NCBI GenBank assembly: GCA_046758365.1
Contig: JBHIAC010000052.1
Span: 1 to 19,115, forward strand
DNA length: 19,115 nt
Reading direction: 5' to 3'
From: a bacterium
Lineage (GTDB): Bacteria; Zhuqueibacterota; Zhuqueibacteria; Oceanimicrobiales; Oceanimicrobiaceae
The notes beneath the pieces are model-generated. The model was given only the letters and a program-made list of their open reading frames with translations, made no database searches and was not told the DNA's origin. The number at the start of each line of letters is the position of its first letter. The stretch's first letter is position 1. Below are positions 7,268 through 16,432 of this stretch, in pieces. Position numbers and translations under genes: made by a program.

Positions 7268-10200
7268 TTAAGATACTTTTTCAATCCCTATTATGGCTTT
7301 TTCACCGTCGATATCCCATTCTTGTGTATTTGTACATTTTTCTGAATTTTGAGAAATAATCTCGGCTAAGGTCTCATTACGAATATATTCCGACTGAATC
7401 TCGATGACTTTGTCCAACTTATCGGAAGTTTGATAGTATATCTTAATGCGATCCACCACATCGAATCCAGCATCTTTGCGCATATTTTGAACTCGATTTA
7501 CAAATTCACGAGCCAAGCCCTCAATTCTAAGTTCATCGGTTATCTGTACATCTAACGCAACGGTTAAGTCGGTTTCTTTTTGTACAACTAAACCTTTGGC
7601 ACTCTCGGAAATAATTTCAACCTCATTTAAACTAATTGATACATCTCGGCCACCTATTACGATTTTAATTTCGCCGTGTTCTTCAATTTCCTGAATTTCT
7701 ATTTCGCCAAAATTTCGAATTATTTCAGCCGCTACTTTAACATTTTTCCCCAATCTTGGACCAAGTTTTTTGAATTTTGGCGTAGCTCTTTTGGAGATTA
7801 AATCCTTTGCATCAGAAACAAAATCTATTTTCTTAACGTTGAGTTCTTCTAAAACTAAATTAGCCATTCCCTCAATTCTTTGTTTAATGTTATCATCTTT
7901 AGCCACAACAATAATTCTTGAAAGAGGCTGGCGTACTTTTATTCCAGATTCATTTCTAATTGATCTTCCAAGAAAAACTACACGCCGCACCAAGTCCATT
8001 CGTTTTTCCAATTCTTCATCACGATAAGCATATTCCAGTGAATCTAGTTTTGGGTAATAAGTTAAATGCACACTTTCCAATTCATCTTTTCTTTCTCTGG
8101 TAAGATTTAAATAGATTTCTTCGGAAATAAATGGAGCAAAGGGTGCTATCATTTTTGAAAGGGTATACAATACTTCATAGAGAGTTTCATAAGCAGCCTG
8201 TTTATCTTGACCCATCTCCGATTTCCAGAAGCGGCGGCGGCACCGACGAATATACCAATTAGAAAGGTCATCTACTACGTAATCGGAAATACTACGAGCG
8301 GCTTTGGTTAAATCATAGCGCAACAAATAATCTTCAACTTTAGCCACAAGCTTGTTTAAAGAACTCAGAAGCCATCGGTCAATTTCATGGCGATTTTTGA
8401 CAATAATTTTAGGTTTATTATAAATGAATTTATCGATATTTGCATAGATAGCAAAAAATGAGTAAACGTTAACTAAGGTACCAAAAAACTTCTTCACGAC
8501 CTCTGTTACACCGTCGGGATCGAATCGAGTGGGAACCCAAGGAGGACTTACTGTTAATAAGTACCAACGCAGAGCATCAGCGCCTTGTTCATCAAGTATG
8601 GTTGCAGGCATTACAGTATTCCCTTTGGATTTGGACATTTTTTGGCCAAATTTATCTAAAATCAGATCATGAGAAATGCACATTTTGTAACAGGGTTTGT
8701 CAAACAGCATGGCCGCAATGGCCAGAAGAGAATAAAACCATCCCCGGGTCTGATCTACTCCCTCGGAAATAAAATCAGCAGGAAAACTCTTTTTAAATTT
8801 TTCTTGATTTTCAAAAGGATAATGCCATTGAGCCACCGGCATACTACCAGAGTCGAACCAGACGTCGATCACCTCGGGTGTGCGAACCATTTTATTTCCG
8901 CATTTTGAACATTGAATTTCAACTTTGTCTATAAAGGGCTTATGCAGGTCAATTTCTTTGGTTAATCCTGAGAGCCTATTGAGCTCTTCCATGCTTGCAA
9001 TACAGTGAGCCGTATCGCAATCTTGACAAACCCAAATAGGCAGAGGCGTGCCCCAATAACGGTCTCGGGAAAGAGACCAATCCACATTATTTTCAAGCCA
9101 TTCGCCAAACCGACCTTCACCCACTTCCTTTGGATACCATTTAATCTTATTATTATTGTTGATAAGTCGGTCTTTCATGGCGGTCGTGCGAATGAACCAT
9201 GATTTCTTGGCATAATATAAAAGAGGAGAACTACACCGCCAGCAGTGTGGATAACTATGGAGATATTTTTCGGATTTGTATAAAAGTCCTCTTTCCTTCA
9301 AATTGGCAAGAATTTCAGCATCTGCTGCTTTGACAAACTTATTTTTAAAGAAAGCAACTTCTTCGGTAAATTTCCCACTTTTATCCACAGGCTGCAAAAT
9401 GGGCAAATCGTACTTTAAACCCATCTGGTAATCATCCTCACCAAATGCCGGAGCCATATGAACAATGCCGGTTCCTTCCTCAGTAGAGACAAAATCACCT
9501 TCAACAGTATAGTAGATTTTTTTATCGGTTTTACAAAAAGTGAACAGCGGTTCGTAATCCTTGCCAGTTAGATCTTTACCCCTATACGCTTGAACAATTT
9601 GGTAATCTCCATCCAATACGGATAATCGCGTCTCAGCTAAGATAAGAAATTCCTTGGCAACTCTTACTTTAACATATTTAATTTCAGGGTGCAAGGCTAA
9701 AGCCACATTGGAAATCAGAGTCCAAGGGGTAGTTGTCCAAACTAAGAACGAAGTGTTTTCCTCGCCCTTAACTCGCATTCTTACATAGACAGATGGGTCT
9801 TCTACATCCTGATAACCCAGAGATACCTCATGACTTGAAAGAGGTGTTTCGCATCGAGGACAGTAAGGCAATATTTTATGCCCACGGTAGATGAGATTCT
9901 TCTTCCAAAATTCGCTTAATATCCACCAAACCGATTCAATATAGTTATTTTCATAGGTTATGTATGGATTATCTAAATCTAACCAAAACCCAATTCGACT
10001 AGTAACTTCATCCCACTCCTGTTTGTACCTCCAAACACTTTGTTTACACTTTTCGTTAAATTTATCGACTCCGAACTTTTCAATTTCTTCTTTACTTGAT
10101 AAGCCTAATTCTTTTTCAACTTCAATTTCTACCGGTAGTCCATGAGTATCCCAGCCAGCTTTGCGTTCCACCCGATACCCTTCCATAGTTTTGAGTCGGC

Positions 10201-10405
10201 AGACGAAATCTTTAATGGTTCGAGATATTACATGGTGAATTCCCGGTCTCCCGTTTGCTGTTGGAGGGCCTTCATAGAAAATAAACGGTTTAGCGGGATC
10301 CCTATTTCCGATGCTTTTTTCAAAAATTTTGTTTTCTTCCCAGGACTTGAGAATTTCTTTCTCTAAAGCGGGAAAATTTAATTGTGTTGATAGTTCTTTA
10401 TACAC
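7268..10405 (-). CDS. ileS: Isoleucine--tRNA ligase, type 2 (IleRS2)
   Basis: 1045 aa. EGPPTANG, GWDTHGLP, WTTTPWTL, GTGIVH, DQTRGWF, KMSKS; type 2 C-terminus EGLAREFVNRVQNMRK. Signature motif reads GIHH. Confidence 0.97.
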   Translation of the reverse strand: MYKELSTQLNFPALEKEILKSWEENKIFEKSIGNRDPAKPFIFYEGPPTANGRPGIHHVISRTIKDFVCRLKTMEGYRVERKAGWDTHGLPVEIEVEKELGLSSKEEIEKFGVDKFNEKCKQSVWRYKQEWDEVTSRIGFWLDLDNPYITYENNYIESVWWILSEFWKKNLIYRGHKILPYCPRCETPLSSHEVSLGYQDVEDPSVYVRMRVKGEENTSFLVWTTTPWTLISNVALALHPEIKYVKVRVAKEFLILAETRLSVLDGDYQIVQAYRGKDLTGKDYEPLFTFCKTDKKIYYTVEGDFVSTEEGTGIVHMAPAFGEDDYQMGLKYDLPILQPVDKSGKFTEEVAFFKNKFVKAADAEILANLKERGLLYKSEKYLHSYPHCWRCSSPLLYYAKKSWFIRTTAMKDRLINNNNKIKWYPKEVGEGRFGEWLENNVDWSLSRDRYWGTPLPIWVCQDCDTAHCIASMEELNRLSGLTKEIDLHKPFIDKVEIQCSKCGNKMVRTPEVIDVWFDSGSMPVAQWHYPFENQEKFKKSFPADFISEGVDQTRGWFYSLLAIAAMLFDKPCYKMCISHDLILDKFGQKMSKSKGNTVMPATILDEQGADALRWYLLTVSPPWVPTRFDPDGVTEVVKKFFGTLVNVYSFFAIYANIDKFIYNKPKIIVKNRHEIDRWLLSSLNKLVAKVEDYLLRYDLTKAARSISDYVVDDLSNWYIRRCRRRFWKSEMGQDKQAAYETLYEVLYTLSKMIAPFAPFISEEIYLNLTRERKDELESVHLTYYPKLDSLEYAYRDEELEKRMDLVRRVVFLGRSIRNESGIKVRQPLSRIIVVAKDDNIKQRIEGMANLVLEELNVKKIDFVSDAKDLISKRATPKFKKLGPRLGKNVKVAAEIIRNFGEIEIQEIEEHGEIKIVIGGRDVSISLNEVEIISESAKGLVVQKETDLTVALDVQITDELRIEGLAREFVNRVQNMRKDAGFDVVDRIKIYYQTSDKLDKVIEIQSEYIRNETLAEIISQNSEKCTNTQEWDIDGEKAIIGIEKVS

Positions 10406-10674
10406 TAATTATTCTCCAATTCAACATACCAGTCGAGGACTTCTGGATTATCATATATTAAAAATAATACATCGAGTCCATAATTTATTAGAATTTCCGA
10501 ACTAAGTTTGCTGCTCATATCATTTATGGCCTTATGATTTTTATCAGGTGTATAAATTTCAATGATAGTGGTTCCATTTTTTTCATATTCGTTGATAATT
10601 TTAATAGATGGAAAATTATTAATTATTTGTTTTTTTAATTCTGAAATAATATATTCCTTCTCAAATTCTTTCAT
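10405..10674 (-). CDS. Small hypothetical protein, possible degenerate MNT-fold partner of the HEPN protein
   Basis: 89 aa; ATGA overlap with the HEPN gene and 1-nt overlap with ileS. Alpha/beta pattern ending EILINYGLDV resembles minimal nucleotidyltransferases, but GS and DxD motifs are absent. Confidence 0.55.
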   Translation of the reverse strand: MKEFEKEYIISELKKQIINNFPSIKIINEYEKNGTTIIEIYTPDKNHKAINDMSSKLSSEILINYGLDVLFLIYDNPEVLDWYVELENN

Positions 10675-11057
10675 TGTTTAAATACCTCAATTGAAATTAA
10701 ATTAATAAGTTCACTCGCCTTATCAAAAGCTCTTTTTGCATCTTTTTTACTAAGTGAGCTTGGTTTATAATCAGCTATTTCTCTTAGTCTTCTTAAATCA
10801 TTCAAATAGTCAGAATATTTGGCTGAAAAGACCTTTTTCCGTTTTATGAAGTTAATGACAAAATTTGCCTGCACCCAACTATGTCTAAAATCCAATTTTC
10901 GAGAAGGTATAATACCATTTTTAATCAATAATGCAATAACCGCTTGGTATGTAGCATAATAAGCTCGGTTGACACAAGCATTATATCTCGCATTTTTATA
11001 ACCATCTTCAGCGTCTTCTATATTCTCCTTCGCTTTTGTATAAAATTCTAAATACAA
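10671..11057 (-). CDS. HEPN domain protein (UPF0332-like)
   Basis: KAKENIEDA...YNACVNRAYYATYQAVIALL...HSWV...LREIADY pattern; 128 aa. Confidence 0.85.
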   Translation of the reverse strand: MYLEFYTKAKENIEDAEDGYKNARYNACVNRAYYATYQAVIALLIKNGIIPSRKLDFRHSWVQANFVINFIKRKKVFSAKYSDYLNDLRRLREIADYKPSSLSKKDAKRAFDKASELINLISIEVFKQ

Positions 11058-11081
11058 GACCTTGACTTAAAACTTTACATT

Positions 11082-11903
11082 TTATATTCTTTCTATTACA
11101 CGCTTCATAAGTAAAGTCAATTTCGGCTCTGCTTCTGCGGCCACTTTCAGTATCTCTTGAATGTTAACAGGTTTCAAAGCATCTGGCAAACAAGTATCGG
11201 TAACAACCGAAAGTCCCAAAACTCGCATGGAACTGTGGACAGCTACAATGACTTCGGGTATGGTTGACATACCCACTACATCTGCACCTATGGCCCGTAA
11301 AAATCTATATTCTGCTCGAGTTTCTAAACTGGGTCCACTCAAACCTACATAAACACCTTTTTGAAATTTGAATTTCTCTTCTAGTGCTATTTGTTCAACT
11401 AAGTCAATAAGCTCCTTGGTGTAAGGTTCTGACATATCGGGAAAACGCGGCCCAAGAGAATCATCATTGACCCCAATTAACGGGTTATCGCCAAAGAGAT
11501 TTATATGGTCGGTAATAATCATTATGTCGCCCGGAGAAAAGAGAGGATTCATTCCACCACAGGCATTAGAAATGAGGAGTGTATGAGCCCCTAAATATTT
11601 CATAACCCGTACGGGAAAAGTAATCTGCTTCATTGAGTAGCCTTCATAGTAATGAAAGCGTCCTTGCATTGCCATTACTGACTTTCCTCCTATCTTACCA
11701 AATAAGAGGCGTCCAGCATGACTGTCAACTGTAGAAATTGGAAAGTGAGGAATTTGATCATAAGAAATGACAGATTCCTTATCTATTTCTTCTGCCAAAG
11801 CGCCCAGACCGGTTCCTAAAATTATCCCAATTTCTGGCTTAATTTTTGTTTTTTGGCTTAAAATATTACCAGCCTCTTCAATTTTTGCTTTTAATTCTCG
11901 CAT
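11082..11903 (-). CDS. Purine nucleoside phosphorylase, trimeric (PunA/XapA-type) family
   Basis: ILGTGLG, HAGRL, QGRFHYYEGY, GPRFPDMS, GPSLETRAE, VGMST. ATG at 11903 follows GGAGG. Confidence 0.93.
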   Translation of the reverse strand: MRELKAKIEEAGNILSQKTKIKPEIGIILGTGLGALAEEIDKESVISYDQIPHFPISTVDSHAGRLLFGKIGGKSVMAMQGRFHYYEGYSMKQITFPVRVMKYLGAHTLLISNACGGMNPLFSPGDIMIITDHINLFGDNPLIGVNDDSLGPRFPDMSEPYTKELIDLVEQIALEEKFKFQKGVYVGLSGPSLETRAEYRFLRAIGADVVGMSTIPEVIVAVHSSMRVLGLSVVTDTCLPDALKPVNIQEILKVAAEAEPKLTLLMKRVIERI

Positions 11904-11929
11904 CCAACCTCCCAATTCAAATTTGTTAA

Positions 11930-12442
11930 TTAATTTTCATCGGGCTTATCTTTACTTTTTTTAATTTTTTCTAATAGTCTTTTTTTCTCCACCTCTTGCT
12001 GCTGCCTAATCTTCTCTAAGGCTTTCAAATCCTCTTCAAGTTTTTGTCGTTTTCTTTTTTTATTGGTTAACTCTTTGGCTGCTTCTTTTCTTCTTTCTTC
12101 TTTTATAATTTCGATAGCTTGATTTCTATCGCGATTCTTTCCATGTTTTGCAAATAAAATGGTTCCAATTAACGTTCCAGCTCCGGTAGTACTCCACAAG
12201 GCTAAATCATCATTAGAATCATTCACACTTCGTTCGATAAGGGTTCCAAGGAAAAAACTTACTCCAAAACTTACTGCACCGCCTCCTAAGGTGTAAAGGA
12301 CAAAATTTTTATTGCTTTGGTGTTGTTGTATCTCATGTTCCGTAATAGGCCTCCTTGCTTCATCATAAACTGGTACTCTCTTTGCACATCCCACCACGAC
12401 TATTCCAATAATGCATGCTGCGATCCCAAGCTGTATCTTCAT
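11930..12442 (-). CDS. Hypothetical lipoprotein with a glycine-rich hydrophobic hairpin and charged coiled-coil tail
   Basis: Lipobox-like VVGC at residue 19; two Gly-rich hydrophobic segments; Lys/Glu-rich C-terminus; AAGGAGG SD. Confidence 0.7.
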   Translation of the reverse strand: MKIQLGIAACIIGIVVVGCAKRVPVYDEARRPITEHEIQQHQSNKNFVLYTLGGGAVSFGVSFFLGTLIERSVNDSNDDLALWSTTGAGTLIGTILFAKHGKNRDRNQAIEIIKEERRKEAAKELTNKKRKRQKLEEDLKALEKIRQQQEVEKKRLLEKIKKSKDKPDEN

Positions 12443-12479
12443 GATAACCTCCTTGTGTTGTAGTGTATTGCATAAAAAG

Positions 12480-13193
12480 TTAAATTATGAGTTGGTCTGA
12501 GATACGAGAGCTTTTTTCTTTATCTTCTTTATTTTGATTATTCTCCATACTTTGAGATTCGTCTTTTTTCCAATTTAAATCTGAGGCTTTCTCTACTAGA
12601 TGGTTTTGTAATTTATCATCATTTTCAGAAGTTGGCTCCTCATGAAGCACATCTTCAACACCTTCAAATTCTATTTTCTCCTGTTCAACTTTTGGTGGTT
12701 TCCGACGCTTAATACGCTTTTCATCAAATTTTTCGAATCCCAAATCGTCTAATTCAAGAACGCCTATGAGATCTATTTGTGATTCCAGCAAATGACGCAG
12801 CCTCCGAGCAAAAGAATCCTTCTGTGCTTTAACTACCAACAATTCGTTTTTCATTTCAGCTAATTTTAATTTAGCCTCTTCTAGAATTTTATCTGCTTTC
12901 ATTTCAGCCTCACGCACAATGAGTTCTGCTTCCCGTTCAGAGTTCTCTCGAGATTCATTGATGCTTTGTTGAGCAGTAACTAAGGTCTCTTTAAGGGTTT
13001 TTTCAACATCTTGATAGTCTCGAAGTTGAGTTCGCAGCTTCAAATTTTCATCCGCAAGGACATTTTTTTCACGAATTATACTTTCATATTCATCAGCTAC
13101 CATTTCAAGAAATGTTTCTACTTCAATAGGATCAAAACCCCGAAACGATTTCTTGAATTCCTGTTTCTTTATGTCTAGTGGCGAAAGTTTCAA
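12480..13193 (-). CDS. divIVA: DivIVA domain protein
   Basis: LSPLDIKKQEFKKSFRGFDPIEVETFL followed by coiled coil. TTG at 13193 has proper spacing from AGGAGG; the ORF-track GTG overlaps the SD. Confidence 0.9.
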   Translation of the reverse strand: MKLSPLDIKKQEFKKSFRGFDPIEVETFLEMVADEYESIIREKNVLADENLKLRTQLRDYQDVEKTLKETLVTAQQSINESRENSEREAELIVREAEMKADKILEEAKLKLAEMKNELLVVKAQKDSFARRLRHLLESQIDLIGVLELDDLGFEKFDEKRIKRRKPPKVEQEKIEFEGVEDVLHEEPTSENDDKLQNHLVEKASDLNWKKDESQSMENNQNKEDKEKSSRISDQLII

Positions 13194-13227
13194 AATAAAC
13201 ACCTCCTAATAAATTTAATTATCATCC

Positions 13228-13524
13228 TTATCTTAATGAATAAGCTAAATCTTCCAAAGTGCCAACAAGAAAAATCTCAGCTATATATAATCCGAAAATC
13301 AAAATGATAGGTGAAATATCAAACCCACCTAAATATGGAACATATCTCCGAATTCTGCTTAATAAAGGCTCCGTTACTCTTACTAAAAATTGTACAATTG
13401 GGCTGAATGGATCAGGGTTCACCCACGATATAATCACACGAATGATTACAATCCATATATAAATTGTAATGGAAATATCCAATATTCTCGCAATGGCAAA
13501 GAATAAATTAGAAAAGATAAACAT
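13228..13524 (-). CDS. yggT: YggT family membrane protein
   Basis: IISWVNPDPFSPIVQFLVRVTEPLL...GGFDISPII. Confidence 0.93.
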   Translation of the reverse strand: MFIFSNLFFAIARILDISITIYIWIVIIRVIISWVNPDPFSPIVQFLVRVTEPLLSRIRRYVPYLGGFDISPIILIFGLYIAEIFLVGTLEDLAYSLR

Positions 13525-13553
13525 AATTATCTTAATTTTTATCCGGCTTAAAT

Positions 13554-14243
13554 TTACCCAGGTCTTGCTCCAAAAATAGCTCTGCCAATTCGCACCATGT
13601 TTGAACCTTCTTCAATGGCCACTTCAAAGTCATCGGTCATACCCATGGATAAATATTTCATCTCGACTGTATCAAGTTTATTATTAATCACTTCATCTCT
13701 GAGTTTCCGCAGCAGCTTAAAACAGGGTCTCACCTCTTCAGGATTAGGTAAAAAGGCTCCGAGGGTCATGAGACCTTTAATCATTAAACGAGAAAATTTT
13801 GAAATCTTCTCTATGGCTTGAACCGTGCTGCTTGGTAAAAAACCGAATTTTGATGCTTCCCCAGATGTATTAACTTCAATAAGCACGTCCACTGAACGGT
13901 TTAGTTTTTCAGCCTGTTTTTGGATTTCTTGGGCTAAATGAATGCTGTCAACAGATTGAATCATGTCTGCAAACTGAAGCACTCTTTTAACTTTATTGGT
14001 CTGAAGATGACCGATCATATGCCAATGAACTTTTGGTCCAATAATTTGAAATTTGGGCCAGACTTCTTGCACTCGATTTTCCCCGATGATTTGGATGCCT
14101 GCCTCAATAGCTTCATTAATTCGAGAAATATCCACTGTTTTGGAAACAGCTACAATTTCTATTTCTTCAACATTACGTCCAGCCCGTTGACAGGCTTTCT
14201 CAATTCTATCTCTTACCCTTTGTAAATTTTCATTTACAGACAT
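13554..14243 (-). CDS. yggS: PLP homeostasis protein, YggS family
   Basis: AVSKT, GENRVQE, WHMIGHLQTNK, LSMGMTDDF, VRIGRAIFG. Confidence 0.96.
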   Translation of the reverse strand: MSVNENLQRVRDRIEKACQRAGRNVEEIEIVAVSKTVDISRINEAIEAGIQIIGENRVQEVWPKFQIIGPKVHWHMIGHLQTNKVKRVLQFADMIQSVDSIHLAQEIQKQAEKLNRSVDVLIEVNTSGEASKFGFLPSSTVQAIEKISKFSRLMIKGLMTLGAFLPNPEEVRPCFKLLRKLRDEVINNKLDTVEMKYLSMGMTDDFEVAIEEGSNMVRIGRAIFGARPG

Positions 14244-14263
14244 TTCAAATTAAGTAAATATAA

Positions 14264-14292
14264 AATATAATTTAATAACTTATAAAAATCAA
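14264..14292 (-). promoter_or_regulatory. Putative sigma70-type promoter of the yggS...ileS cluster
   Basis: TTGATT-N17-TATATT just upstream of yggS; the AT-rich context weakens it. Confidence 0.4.
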
Positions 14293-14362
14293 TAGAAATC
14301 TACGGTATTTATAGTATCCTATTCTTTTTGCATAAAGAATCTAATATATATTTGCTTTCAAC

Positions 14363-15325
14363 TCAAAGCTTACCTGCTAAAACCACGGTCTTTCTTGCTG
14401 TTTTTAGTAGACCAGCTTCTGCATTTAATGCTTGTAAAAATACGATGTAGATTCCTATCCTAGCCCTTTGATTGGCATCGTCTTTTCCATCCCAAACTAC
14501 TGAATTACGGGCACCAGAAGGTTGGTTGTTGGATAAAAACCGAATAAGTCGGCCTCGAAGATCATATATTTTAATATTCACAACCGCAGTAGTAGACGGA
14601 ACTTCATAACTGATTACCGTGAAATCTTCCTTTCCATCATCGTCAGGAGAAAAGGGATTGGGTGCAATGGAAAGAGCGGCGACGGAAGGCAAGACTTGAG
14701 TAAAAATACTGTTTTGTGCACCCGGCGTACCTCCCTCGAAAGCCACTGATGAACTCCAATTCAAACTGTCGTTAGAGGCCAAGTCAGGATTAATTCTTTC
14801 AAGAGAAAATCCACTTCCACCTCCCCAGCTTTTAAAATAGTCCACCTGATCCATTACGGTTCCATTCAAATCGTAAAGAAAAACGCTGTCAAAATCATTA
14901 TTTAAAGTTGGCCAGTTTTTTAATAAAGTGAAAGAACTTGGAGGCAGATTAAATATTTCCAAAAGTGAGGAATCTTTTGCTAAGACAAAATAGTCATTAG
15001 GATTAAGTAAAAAGTCTTCTTCGATAAAAGCTATGTCATCAGTATCAGAATCAGATATAGCCCAGTTATTCAAGTTGATTATATAAGAACCTCTATTAAA
15101 TATCTCTATCCATTCCGATTGCTTAGGTAAGGGGCCATACATAATTTCATTAATAATAATAGAACGATTTGCATATCCAACGAATAATTGTTTTTGAGCC
15201 AAATTGTTTGTGGTATACTCAAAGTCAGTTCCAAGGGGATCAAACATAATTTCAGTTAAAACCACTTGAGATTGAACATTTGCTATTAATATCAAGAATA
15301 AAAGATGGAAAACCTTGTATTTCAT
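14363..15325 (-). CDS. Secreted lamin-tail-domain protein with a C-terminal FlgD-Ig-like domain, possibly internally deleted
   Basis: Signal peptide; IIINEIMY...EWIEIFN...GGTPGAQNS (LTD); PNPFSPDDDG...KIYDLRGRLIR...WDGKD...GIYI (FlgD-like / sorting-domain-like). Confidence 0.8.
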   Translation of the reverse strand: MKYKVFHLLFLILIANVQSQVVLTEIMFDPLGTDFEYTTNNLAQKQLFVGYANRSIIINEIMYGPLPKQSEWIEIFNRGSYIINLNNWAISDSDTDDIAFIEEDFLLNPNDYFVLAKDSSLLEIFNLPPSSFTLLKNWPTLNNDFDSVFLYDLNGTVMDQVDYFKSWGGGSGFSLERINPDLASNDSLNWSSSVAFEGGTPGAQNSIFTQVLPSVAALSIAPNPFSPDDDGKEDFTVISYEVPSTTAVVNIKIYDLRGRLIRFLSNNQPSGARNSVVWDGKDDANQRARIGIYIVFLQALNAEAGLLKTARKTVVLAGKL

Positions 15326-15443
15326 TTATACTTATCCTATATAATTCAAAACAAAAGATAAATAATGAAACTCACAATATGACCGACAGCTTTTTTAATT
15401 ATCTTTTAAATATTAATTGAAATAATTTTTTATTCCAACAATT

Positions 15444-15483
15444 AAAAAAAAAGCGCCTTGAATAATTTCTAATCAAGACGCTT
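15444..15483 (-). terminator. Intrinsic terminator after the M23 gene
   Basis: Minus strand AAGCGTCTTGA-N11-TCAAGGCGCTT followed by a T-run. Confidence 0.75.
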
Positions 15484-15511
15484 ACTAAAATTACAATAAC
15501 TTTTTGTAAAA

Positions 15512-16432
15512 TCAATTCATAATATAACCTAAAGGATCTCTCTTCTTGCCTTCCTGTATAACTTCATAATGGAGATGTGGTCCTGTGGCTAGTCCAGTAT
15601 CTCCGACAAGCCCTAAAGGTGTGAACCTATCTACTTTTTGACCCTTTCTAACTAATATTTTCTCAAGATGTCCATACCTCGTTTTGAAACCAAAGCCATG
15701 ATTGATTAAAACTTGTTTCCCATACCCTCGATTTAGCATGTATTTTGTTACGACTTTTTCTACTACTCCCGCTGCTGTAGCAAAAACTTCGGTTCCTTTT
15801 TCTGCAGCTATGTCAATACCATCATGATGTTGAATCCTTTCAGTTAAAGGATGAAGACGGAAGCCGAATTTATCTCGAATCCTTCCTCCTATGAGAGGTC
15901 TAATAGAGGGAGTGTGTTTAAATAATTTTTGATTCTCATCTAACCTCTCTTTTATTTCCTCACGGCTTAGTTTTGTTAATTCAATTCTTCTTTCTAATTG
16001 GTCTAAAAGGTGTTGATATTCATAAACTTGTTCTTCAATTTCATTTGAAGCAATTGATAAATTATAATTTATTTCTAAAAATCCCCCCATACCAACATCG
16101 CGGGTATCTGAATCAATTTTAGGAAGAGCTGCAATTAATCGAAGATCATCATCCTCGTTTTCCAACTCTTTTATTTGAGTTTCAAATTGTGTCAACTTGT
16201 TACCCATGTCAAATATTTGTGTTTCAAGAAATTTATTAAATTTTGATAGTGAAGCAATTTCCAGGTTTTGATAAAAATCAGTCACTAGGGCAATGGAAAC
16301 GGCAACAAGTACAAGTAAACCTATAAAAGTGGTAAAAAGAAAAGAATAAAATTTGCTCGACGAAAGTTCAATTTGTTTTGATTTTGAATCGCGCATTGAA
16401 AAATAAATTATTTTAATCCTTTTATTCTGCAT
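15512..16432 (-). CDS. M23 family metallopeptidase (membrane anchor plus coiled coil)
   Basis: HDGID and HLH zinc motifs, GYGKQV, TRYGHL, TGPHLHYEV; N-terminal TM helix. Confidence 0.93.
   Translation of the reverse strand: MQNKRIKIIYFSMRDSKSKQIELSSSKFYSFLFTTFIGLLVLVAVSIALVTDFYQNLEIASLSKFNKFLETQIFDMGNKLTQFETQIKELENEDDDLRLIAALPKIDSDTRDVGMGGFLEINYNLSIASNEIEEQVYEYQHLLDQLERRIELTKLSREEIKERLDENQKLFKHTPSIRPLIGGRIRDKFGFRLHPLTERIQHHDGIDIAAEKGTEVFATAAGVVEKVVTKYMLNRGYGKQVLINHGFGFKTRYGHLEKILVRKGQKVDRFTPLGLVGDTGLATGPHLHYEVIQEGKKRDPLGYIMN

Noticed and set aside
10406..10700. T-box leader upstream of ileS
   Set aside because: The region is occupied by an overlapping ORF and no T-box consensus was seen.
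2316..14225. Short plus-strand ORFs in the track (e.g. 2316, 3231, 3328, 4342, 5271, 6224, 6835, 7770-10505, 11161, 11767, 13259-14225)
   Set aside because: All are antisense shadows of well-supported minus-strand genes or run into the repeat; no recognisable motifs.
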